The position numbers were made by a program, and so were the translations under genes. The notes beneath the pieces are model-generated. The model searched no databases. It saw nothing but the letters and a program-made list of their open reading frames with translations, and was not told the origin of the DNA. A DNA stretch of 64,000 bases from Basidiobolus meristosporus CBS 931.73 (taxonomy: Eukaryota; Fungi; Basidiobolomycota): the NCBI GenBank assembly GCA_002104905.1, contig MCFE01000021.1, positions 124,001-188,000 on the forward strand. Reading direction: 5' to 3'. Shown one piece after another: positions 11,807 to 22,700 of this stretch (positions are counted from its first letter, which is position 1; every line of letters begins with the position of its first letter).

Positions 11807-13790
11807 ATACATTATGATTAAATCTCCATCAATTCCCATGTATCCCATCATTATGTCGCAAAAATCATTCTCAAACAATGACTGGGTATTTTTATTGATG
11901 TTTACTCACAAGTCTATAATCAAATAGGAAATCTGCAATTGATGTGATCTGATCTGTGTCAATGCAATCCAAGATGCATCATGCATAATATATGGAAAAC
12001 TCAACAATCACATTAGTTTTCATATATACCTCATATAAGACCTGGTTGATGCTAATACACTACTGTATAAGTACCCAAATCCATCACTGTGGTCCCTATA
12101 CCAAGTCTCAACAAATCTTTAGTTCAACCCAGACAAAACTCATCCCCAGCTCACAAGCACAGTCCAGACTGGAAAAGTCAATGTTGGATCTGCTTTGGTT
12201 CTTGCCAAATGATTTCAGTATGGCCCAAGTGACTATGATGAGCCTTCATACAGATATTTGGGCTCTACTCATTAATCTAGCAGAACTAGATACCTTGAAG
12301 AGCTGACAGATATGGAAGAACCTGAGTAGAAAGCTGTGGCATGAGTTCTACATCATGATACCAGCGGATATATGTAAGAAGGTATATAACAAGACAAGTA
12401 TTGAAATCAAGAATGAGCTGAGAGTGAGGGGACTTGATGAGGAAGCCATGCAGGAACAATTTTGCACACAATTTGCTCAGTATGAGCCAGATGCATCCAT
12501 TTGTGCCTTGACTTTGGGAACCAAAGAGATTTTGAATGAGTTTTTGCCTCAAATGACTAATGTATTACGTGATATATTAGTATAGCTAAGTTGATTCTGA
12601 GAGCAATACACACAGGACTCATCCAGGCAACAGTTCCAAAGTATTAGACAGAGAGTAAGTTAATACCTTGAGGAATCAGAAGGTGAGATTCAAGTGGAAG
12701 AATACAAACTGCAGGCAACGTTGTCTAGATTGCGCCAGCACACCTTGCTGAATTCCTTACCATCCCTTGCAACTTCAGTACGCTGGCACATGTCAGTCCA
12801 AACTAGGTCAACACCCTTCATAAGAGCACCCTGCATTGACTCAACACATATTGGGTCAACAAGTGTGCTTCAGAGCAAAACCACCAGAACCCACCAAACT
12901 GCTCAAAAAGACACAAGTCCATTAGAGCGGGCCAAGTTGCATCAACAAGCAACATCATATCAAACTCAGCCAAGGGCCATGTCAGCGCATTAAGTTGCAT
13001 CTGTGCGGGCCATTACACCTGACCATCTGTAAGTTTCTTCTGGTGAACTGACTGATGATGACCCACATGAAGTGCTTCCACCACTACAGCCTTTGGCAAG
13101 TAAAAGAACATGTCAGCACATAGCACTGCAGGCCAGCTCAGTTGCATCATCTGGAGCAATTCAGCGTGGCCAAGATGCAGAACCACACTCATCAACTAGG
13201 AGGCAAAATACCAACTACAAATACACAAGTAGCCAAGAGGATAATCAACAAGAAAGTAGTTTAGGTGTGCAAAGTGAATCACTACCAAATGCTTCAGTAG
13301 TAATCCCTGTGAGAAAAAAGCCTAGGAGAAGATGATGAGATTGCATTGAATTGCTATCATTTGGAATGATCCAAACAATACATTTTGTTTTGCAATCCGC
13401 ATTGAGCCATTGCAAATTGGTGATCACTAAATTTCTGATATAAGCAATATCAAGGTTGTCTCACATTTGAGACAGGACCCCTACAAATAAAGACCCTGCA
13501 TATGTATACATCATCTGTGGCACCAGTGCAGCCATTTGATCTGATTTGCACCCATACAATTGGTTGTGTGCTAGCTATGACACCTTGCCCAATCACTAGG
13601 ATCAGGGATTTACTTCTTAATGGACAAAATGGGATATCTGATGGCAAATCAGGTAGCTTGTGTATTGGTCAAAGAGCTAATTGGGGGCTGACAGCTTTGG
13701 AATACTTTTGGATCAATTAACCACTGAGATACCATCCAATTGGAGTGATGGTAACCAAAATGTTAAGTATCAGTGTAGTTTGTAGTGTGA
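11807..13790 (+). pseudogene. Accessory gene (ORF2) of P2, unknown function; 3' end approximate
   Basis: ORFs 12355, 12694 and 13072 share one frame broken by point stops; reading frame reconstructed from copies P1, P3 and P4; synonymous differences between copies support coding. Confidence 0.65.
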
Positions 13791-14357
13791 TATGCAGTTA
13801 TTTCCATTTACATTAAAGAAACATATCTAAAATACCAAATTTTACCTACCATAATAGCAGTATCCAATAGCGCACGTGATACAAACATTACAAGTGGGCA
13901 CAATCATTTGTGCCAACCTCATTATGTCCAATTGTGCCATTGTGTGCAAGATTGTCCCACATGGTGCAAAATTGTCCAAGAGCAATCCTGCCGACTGGTA
14001 GCTACAATATTGCGCCCAAATGTTCTTAGAGACTGCAGATTGCACCGTGCACCCTGGCAGAGTACAGTGGAACAAGTCTATTTCCATTTACATTACAGAA
14101 GCATATCCAAATATTGGATTTTACCTACTGCAATGGTGGCATTCAATTGCAAAGTGAGGCACACATTACAAGTTGGCACAATTGTTTGTGCCAGCCTCAT
14201 TCTGTTAGATTGTGCCATAGTGTGCAAGATTGTCCCACATAATGCAAAATTGTCCAGGAGCAATCCTGCGTAATGGTAGCTGAAATACTGTGCCTGATTG
14301 TTCTTTGCAACTGTGGATTGAACCATGCACCCTAGCATGGTACAATGTAACAAGCCT

Positions 14358-16970
14358 ATAGTAATTTGTGCGGTTTCTGGTTTGGTGGGATCTCTACATT
14401 TGTGACACTGAGATGATCACTTCTGGGATACTCCTGGCTACTGACTTAGGCTGAGCCATGGTTGTAGAGTCCTCCAGAATGAAAAAATGTCATTTTTTGC
14501 TTTGATTCAATCCTGGCCTTGGTAGACTTAAAATCAGATTTTGGTCATCATGTGATGTCCTTTTTTAAGAATATTTTGAATTCTCATAAACCAACACATC
14601 CCTGGACTTGATTACTTCTTAGCTTTAGTACTGTACAGCTTCTATGCTTTACTCCCATAGCAGTAGCTCAAAAATATGCTTATAAGCTTTTTGGCTTAAG
14701 ATTTGACTGATTTCTGGGCAGTTTCTTAGCTCATGCTTTACACCCATATATTCTTGGATGTTCTGCACATGGTCCAAGTTCATAGCAGGCCTCAAATGGA
14801 GTATAACTTCAAAGCATTTGGTTACAATTAGTATTTCTGAGGTATACAGCTATGGCAGCCAATTTCACCCAAAATCATAGGATAATTGTTGATCTTGAAT
14901 GATAGATCTTGCTATACCATTTATTGATATGTTTGCATGTTCTGTGACTACTTTTTGCTGTGGGGAGTATTGAACAGTAGTCACTTGCTTTATTACATGA
15001 GCTTTGCAGAAGTGGATTCAATGGATGAATAGTTTTGAGGTATATTCTCAGTCATTGTTGGAGTGTATTTTCTTGATTTTCTCACCAGGCTCTCTCTCAA
15101 CCATGGCTTTAAGCTCCCCAAGCTAGGACAAGACTCCTTTATTTCTTTCCCACAAATAAACCCATATGTATTGTGTAAAATCATTAATCAAAGTGAATAA
15201 ATACTTCATTCCCCCTAAGGATAAATTTTGCAAAGATCCACAAAGATCTTAGTTAATTACATCTAGCTTTTTTTAGTTTTTATCAACCCCAAGCTGTTGA
15301 ACAGCTGTCTGGCTTGTTTACCAGATATACCAGCTTCACAGTGCTCAAAATTTGCTGGGTGATCAGGTTTTACTCTGTGAGTTAGCAGATCTTTGATCTT
15401 TGAATGCAACCAATCAAATTGATGTGTCCAAATCTACTGTACAAAGGGATGATGTATCTTCAGTTAAGTTACTCCTATTGACTTTCTATTGGCTTCCAAT
15501 ATGATGGAATATAAGTCAACTTGTAAAGATTTTGATTTCTAATAGCCAATGCAATAATAGCCCTATATAGGTCAGTGATCCTGCATCTGGAATTGTCAAA
15601 GCTGAAACTGAGTCCTCTGCAGTGGCCTTGCTTACAGAAAATAGGTTCTTGGCAGTATCTAGTACATAGAGTACTTCTTTTAAGGTAAGTATATGGAATC
15701 CTTCACTGCTTGCAAGGTTTACTTGGATAATTCCTTCTCCCACTGTCTCAAGTTTTCTATTGTCACCCATGAAAACTTTCTTGATTGGAATTTCTTGATA
15801 TTGCGTAAACAGTTCTTTTTGGTGTGTAAAGTGTTGGGATGTACCAAAGTCAATGTACTGTGACTGAGAATACCCATTTGAGGTCATATTTAGTGCAGAT
15901 ATTAACTGTCTATCTTCAGTTGTTGCAGTATTACCATGTTCAGGATTTTTTTGCTAATTATCTCTCTATCTGAAGCACTGGTCTAACATATGTCTTGTCC
16001 TTGTGCAGTAGTTGCAAAATAGGTTGCTGTTGCCTGGAAAGGGTGTTGAGCACTTTCTTTCTGGGTTATCATTGATTATTAAAGCATTTTCTTCTTCCTT
16101 CTTGTTAGCACCTGATTTTCTTAATTCTTCATCTGGGAACTTTCCATATGTATCAGCAGTTGGTGTTCCCACAGATTCCATCTCATCCACCAGCATGGTA
16201 ATTCTGTTAATTAGATTTTTCATTTCTTCTCCTGGAAGCATCTTTATAGTAAGGAATTTGTGTCTAAGAAACATTTCCTTAGCAGCCAAGTATGATTGGT
16301 ATGTGTCATCTAATGCATTTGAGGCATTCATTGTAGTTTTTGCTCTTGCACATTAAATTGGCAATTTGTCCATGAAATTATGGTGAATGCAGTTAACAGC
16401 ACTTTGTTCTTTCTTCTGGTACCTTACAAATTTTTCTCCCACATTTTTAGGAGGACATTATTCTCCTTTGACACTATACCAAAGGCCTCTTTCTTGTGGC
16501 ACCATCATCAAATTTATGTACAACACTTGGTAGTTAGATCCATCCAACTTTTCAGCAGAGGGAAAAACTGCAGTAATTGCAGTAGTTGACATTGCAGAGT
16601 GTGACAGCATGGGGCTCAAAACCTGTTGTAAGAGTCCAGGAGATATTGGAAGTGATTGGCAGAACAAGTATAATATGTGGTATTCCCTGAATGACTTATA
16701 GAATGCAAAAGTAGTATTTATACTTTTACAAGGTCTAGGCAAAAAAAACATGTAGAATAGGCTTATGAAGGTCCCAAGAGCATATGCGCAAAGTCTGAGG
16801 CTGTCTGGACAACTTTGAGAACTTTCATGTTCTGGGTACCTGATATTTTGGTGTAAAAGTTCAAACTAACTCCCAACAAGGAATTTAGTCAGTATTCTCT
16901 AGGATTTGAAGGCAATGATCTAAGTAACCAAGTTAGGTCACTATATAGGTAGAATTACTAATTCTCTCCA
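14358..16970 (-). mobile_element. Copia C2 copy b: 5' LTR (about 16624-16970), PBS, gag, protease, integrase; internally deleted, RT end lost
   Basis: gag start MSTTAITAVFPSAEKLDGSNYQV; CNYCTRTRHMLDQC knuckle; YIDFGTSQHF protease; PBS GGTTTTGAGCCCC at 16611-16623 resembles the GGTTATGAGCCC half-tRNA-iMet type. Confidence 0.9.
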
Positions 16971-16979
16971 TACTTAGAC

Positions 16980-18460
16980 CCAATGGAAAACCAAAATGTA
17001 GCTTGCAACATACAATTCTATGACCATGCTGATGCTAGTATATGCAAACAGTTACATAGTATTCACATCCAAAATTGCCACCATTGTAAGGTGTCTAACT
17101 TGTGAGGAATCCACCACCATAGAAGAAAGACATTGTTCATACTCCAGATGTATTTCAGCAATACCCCATCAAAGGAAGCACAAGTAGAATGGCAAATGTT
17201 ATGAGGCTATATAGTATTGTACTCAGTATCAATCAAGTAGAAACAATTCCACTATATTTGATGACAAACATCACAAACTACTAAAAACCAAGGGCTACTT
17301 CAAAGGTATGTATGACACTGAATTTGCCTTGACAACTGGTGCGTTCTCATGGAACAAGTACTCTACCAGTGAATCCTACTAGCCACTGATTCCCATCAGC
17401 CTGAATCTGCTGCCAATAATATGGTACCAGGGCAGAAATCTCATGGTAGTCTCTCAGAAATATGGGCCTAAATTACTGTCCAACCTGGAATGCTACCTGT
17501 GTCTATTGCAGGAGGAACTATGTGTACTGTCCAGCAGGATACTGCTAATGACTCTCATGTCAAAGCACATATAACTTTCTGCATTGGAGTTACCCAGAAA
17601 TCAGTAAGATAGCTGGCCTTCATGGGCACAATGGATGGTATTGAGGTCAAATGTGTGAAGTCCAGGGGATTTGCTCTAAGACTCACACATGTCATTCTTA
17701 TCCAAACACCAGCACTAAGAACATCAGCTTCCCACAGAGAGAACATACAGCAGTCAACTTGTAACTGCAGCAAAACTGGCAAGCTTTAAGCCATTGGCCA
17801 GTATAAGGAATAAACCAAGAATTGAAGGTACTCAAGATAGAGGGATTTTATAGGAGTAAAAGCTTTCCACTAGTAGCAATGCATTTGCACTTCAACAATA
17901 TCCCTATACTAATGACCAAGTTGTATGTGGGGCATTCCAAGCTGAATAAGTCCTTTGGGATACCAGAGATATTGAAAGAGTGGGCAAGATATTACAGAGT
18001 ATCTGCTGCCCTAAGTATGTCTCATGTGCTCCAATAAATATTCATATGCAAATGCAACAATACAAAGGCAAAGACTGGATGATTTGGATATGTATTTATT
18101 CAAGTGGTGTTCTGAAGCCATTCCTACTGAGAGTACATTGGAAGCATTGGGAGTCATATGTTGACATAGTTGGAATATTTATCCAGAAGTCAATCACTAA
18201 TGCCAGCTTGATGCATCTACCGGTTTTGTGCAAAAGGTTTGTGATGGGATTTGAGCAGCAATTCTACTGGCATAAAGCTTAGCATGTAAATCTCAACTGT
18301 TGCTGTATCTACTTGCTACTCCATCTTGCTCAGGGTGTTGAGAATATTGGGCCTTGCTTCACCTTTTGGGAGTTTCCTATGGAGCACATGTGTGGGGAGA
18401 TAGGAAGACAAGTCAAATATTGTGAAGCTATAAAGTACCGAACTGAGTATCAATTAAGTG
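16980..18460 (+). pseudogene. CACTA/EnSpm transposase (Transposase_21/tnp2-like), copy K1, degraded
   Basis: ANSYIVFT...CLTCEES; PLIPISLNL; GHNGW..QMCE; KGKDWMIWICIYS; LLHLAQGVENIGPCFTFWEFPMEHMCG. Confidence 0.85.
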
Positions 18461-18464
18461 CAAG

Positions 18465-18868
18465 CATATCTGGCATATTTGAGGGCAAACATTCCCAGCA
18501 GCTAAGAAGCAAGAGCTACTTTGAAGGCATGTGTGACCATGCCTTTGCATTAGCACCTGATGGATTCTCATTAAACAAGCCCTCTACCAGCAAATCATGC
18601 TGGCCACTGATTCTCATCAGCCTGAATCCTCTCCCTATCTTATGGTATCAGAGCAAAATCTGATGGTAGGCTCATTGGTATCTGGACCTAAATCATTGTC
18701 CTACCTGGATAGCCACCTTTACTCATTGCTGGATGAATTTTGTATTCTTTCCAGCAGGATAACAGTCTTTGGCAGTCATGTCAAAGCACATATTATGATC
18801 TGCATTGGAGATACTCCAGCCATCAGCAAGATAGCTGGCTTTTCTGTACACAACGGTGTGGTAGGGTA
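18465..18868 (+). pseudogene. Second CACTA transposase fragment (core tnp2 segment)
   Basis: FALAPDGFS...SCWPLILISLNP; GPKSLSYLDSHLYSLLDE; IGDTPAISKIAGFSVHNG; homologous to about 17250-17630. Confidence 0.85.
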
Positions 18869-19028
18869 AACATACCTCCCACAGACAAGTTTATTCATAT
18901 AGTCATTATGATATACTTATCCATATTTTATCTTATCAGTATTATCCCCACATGATGTTTACCCTGATTAGTTATTAGCATTAGTTATCCCAGATGTTAT
19001 TCAGCTTTGTGATCAGTAGATGTATCTA

Positions 19029-19623
19029 TATAAGGCAAGTACCCGCATTGGTACCCATGACACATGACCTAGGTCTGTGTTACCATCCCTACCATTTCAA
19101 TACCATATATGGTATTTCTATGTTGCACAGGTTTCAGACTACTGATTCCTGATTGGTTGAGAGTGCTGTGCCTTTTAGAACCTTCCAGGACATTCTTGGC
19201 ATATTTTTAGCTCATAGTGATGTCATCAAGAATTCCACTGATACCTAGAATCTTCTAGAACCTTGTCATTAGTAATCACTTGGCAATCAGGAAAAGTATT
19301 TAAGGGAAAGCAATCCCTCAGCAATAAATCATCCCTTCTATCAGTAACACTTCTACCTTATTGATTAGCAGTTGATCACTGCACCAGCCTTCAACAGTAC
19401 ATCTAAGACCTGCCATCAAGGAGCTTTTCAGGGTAGTGCACAAGACACACAGAGGCCTTTGGAGACACTTGGAGCACCTAAGAATCTAGAGAAGCAGGAG
19501 CTTTTACCATAGTGACATATTGACAAAGACACCAGCAGTTTAGACACAGAGGTTATTGCACCCATCAGACACCTCACACACCTTGAGTTGTGTAGCTTCT
19601 CCCAGGAGTACCTCTACACCACC
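19029..19623 (+). repeat. LTR-like repeat of a B-related Gypsy (B2), copy a; ends approximate
   Basis: Homologous to the repeat starting at 33103; shares CCATATATGGTA and AGAACCTTCC motifs with the reverse complement of the B LTR. Confidence 0.6.
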
Positions 19624-19718
19624 ACAACAGATGGTGTTACTGTTCAATGTGTGAGCTCCAGGGGATTTACTCAATAACTCAGACACATTATTATTACCCA
19701 AACACTAACACCAAGAAC

Positions 19719-22700
19719 AGCTGAAATACTGATCTATATGGCATCATTTATCAGCCAAAAACTTACTTTGGTGAATCAAGATGCAGATCCACCTTGAGGA
19801 AAGAAAGCTTTGGAATACAGTACTGGGAAAAGAAGTTGAGCTCAAAAGAAGAGCAGAAGAAGTGGTGAAGCTTCAAGAGAAGGAGAGAAAGGCCTTTGAT
19901 GCCATATGTATCAATGTGAAAGATTCCTTATATGAAACAAGATCTCTTCAACATGAGGAAGTTGCAAGATGATGGCATGCTGCAATTCATTACCAGAATG
20001 GAGACACCTGCAGAAGTACTTTACAGTACTAATGCAGTGTAGCTGATAAAGAAAAGCTAATCTGTCTGCTTTGCAGCCTACCAGACAAGTATTAGCTACT
20101 CATACTTTCTTCTGAAATCAGAGAAGACAATTTACTTTAGACTACATCAAAGGAAGACTTCTCCATGAAGAGCATAGATGTAATGATCAAGCAGAGAAAA
20201 TTGAAGACAATGCTTTATTCAGCTTAGGAGGGTGCACAGAAAAGAAGGGAAAGCAACAAAACCAAAGAAAACCTGGTTGCTGTAACTACTGTAACAGGCC
20301 AGGACACTGGGCAAGAGAGTGCAAAAAGAAATAAGCAAACAAAAAGCAGAAACTGGAGCAGCCAACCATATAAATACTGATGAGCAGTTATTTATGACTT
20401 TACAACAGAGTGCAAGTAGCCAAAGTAATGAATGGCATATTAACTCTGCAGCTTCACAGCATATTGGTGGTATAAAGGAGTGGTTCAGTAACTTAAAGAC
20501 TGTTCCTGTAAGAAAGGTTTATCTGGGAGACAACTATGCACTTGAAGTTACTGCCAGTGGGTCTATTCAACTAAATATGATCAATACCTCATGGGCTACA
20601 ACACCAAAACTAACTGATGTACCATATGTACCTGAAATAGCTAAGAACATACTTTCAGTTAGTAAAGCTAGTGCTCAGGGACTGAAGCTTGCTTTTACTA
20701 AGCTAAGCCGCGCAATATTGAGTGCACATGGACAAAAATCAACTTTGGGAATCAGAGATCACATGATAAATGAGTTACAATGCAAGATCATTGTACGCAA
20801 GTATGTCAACATTGCTGAAGCTGTTAAAACTAACTGGGAGATGCAGCAAAGGAGGCTGGGGCACATTAGAGAACATCAAATGGGCCAATTGGTAAAAAAT
20901 CAGCTAGTTTTGGGCCTAATTTACTCAACTCCTATCAAATACAGTGTCTGTAAGGGATGTACATATGGCAAACAAGCTAAGCAACATTTTAGGAGCTCAG
21001 GAAGCATCAACACCACCAAAATATTAGCTATAGTTCACTCAGACATATGTGGGTCCATGAGATCACTGTCCTTTGGAGCCATGAGATACTTTATGATGTT
21101 TACTGATGACAAGTCAAGATATACATGGGTAGACCTCCTCAAGACAACAGATGAGGCTTTAGAGACATTTAAACACTTCAAGAACATGGCAGAAACACAA
21201 ACAGGGTGTAAATTAAAGTACTTTGAAGTGGCAATGGAGGTGAATACTGAACAAAGGAGTTTGCTATATACTGCTCATCTATTGGTATACTTCATCAGAC
21301 CACTGCTATAACTACTCCACGGCAAAATGGAGTAGCAGAATGTGCAAATAAAATAATAGTAGAGATGGGAAGATCTATGCTGCATAATAAAGGAGTGGAC
21401 CTCAAGTTTTGGGCTAAATCTGCAGCTAACACTGTATACATCAAGAATTGATGCCCAACACTAGCACTACAAGATATTACACCCTCTGAAGCATATTCAG
21501 TCTAAAAACCAGCCCTCCAGCACCTCAGGATCTTTGGCAGTGGTGTTGTTTATTATATCCCTGACAATAAACACTCAAAGCTGGAACCAATGAGTAGAAA
21601 AGGGATCTGTCTTGAGTACTGTGAGGATACGCAAGGGTAAAAGGTGTATGATGGCAAAATTCAGAAGCTGATCAAGAGCAGGGATGTTGTATTTGAGGAG
21701 AATTTAGATCAGCAAGCCATTGAAATCATTGGACATCTGCCTGATGACGTAATTAACACTTATGAAGAAGATACATATCTAATTCAGCCAGAAACAGAAT
21801 ATAATTCTACAAGCTCCAGATCCAAGTAGATTATCCCAGTTAGGAGATCTACCAGAATAAGAAATACCCCTGGATCCCGGTGGCAGGCATACAATGATCA
21901 TGAAGAAGCTCATCTAGCCTAATGTGCCAAACCCCAGAATCTGGAACAGGTGTTATGATCTGCTGCTTGAATGTTTAAGTTAGATAAGTTTTTAGTCAGA
22001 TCAATTAGTTATATGTTTAGGTTTTCAGTATATCAGTATTATCTATCAAAACAGTAGCATTAGTCAGCAAATGCATCAGCAAATCCTTATCAGACAGAAA
22101 TAGAAATAGTAGGCAGGATCTTATTGGGTGATGATGATGTAATCAAATGAGTCATCAGCCACAGTCTACATTAGGAAATACAATTAGTAGGCAATTGATC
22201 TGGCAAAATGTATATAAGGAGCTGCTGGAATCTCAATAAAGATGAGTTCAAGTTTTAGTTAATACAATACTAGCTAAACTCCCTATTCCTCTACAACTCT
22301 TATACCAAGACTTGTAACATAGGTAGCAGCAATAACCAGAAACATCCCTCCTGAAGAAAGAAGAAGCCTCCCTCAAGATGTCCAAAAATCAAGAATGGAA
22401 AAATGCTATGCAACAAATCCTGGCCCAGCAGCAACAAGGAATGACTACCATGGCCCAAAGCCAGGAAAACCCTGTCAAGAGCAACTTTAGTGTGAAGGTC
22501 ACCCAGTACCATGGTAGAGTCAATGAAAACTTGGGAATTTGGCTCTTCCAGATTGAACAAGCTCTCAAGGCTAAAGGAATTGCTCCAGAAAGCAAGTTAT
22601 ATTGTGTAGCCTCTTATCTGGCAGATGCAGCTTTACAGTGGTACCACATCAAGATCAGCTCAGCCACCATGATGGAATGCTCTACAATCTCTACCTGGGA

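Larger units (their letters stand above)
10673..14079. mobile_element. Complete PHIS-type DNA transposon P2 (3407 bp), ATT TSD
   Basis: Ends AGACTTATTC / GAACAAGTCT; ATT at 10670-10672 and 14080-14082; inverted homologue of 52370-55774. Confidence 0.92.
9352..14357 (+). mobile_element. Family P copy P3 (left-truncated, accessory gene 3' part and right end), split by copy P2
   Basis: 9352-10672 is homologous to about 12480-13800; 14083-14357 is homologous to the P2 right end and finishes ...AACAAGCCT. Confidence 0.85.

Noticed and set aside
13322-13720. Alternative frame for the ORF2 C-terminus (GEDDEIALNCY...)
   Set aside because: It needs many stops to be reverted, and differences between P2 and P3 are synonymous in the other frame (RRRWCNCIELL...).
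16979-16990. CCCAATGGAAAA as the left CACTA TIR
   Set aside because: It resembles the right terminus but lies only about 60 bp before the conserved cysteine motif of the transposase, leaving no room for the N-terminus; it may be coding sequence or a chance match.
18869-19028. 160-bp stretch with motifs like the A LTR (TATCAGTATTATC, TAGCATTAG)
   Set aside because: Too short and diverged, with no LTR ends, to call.
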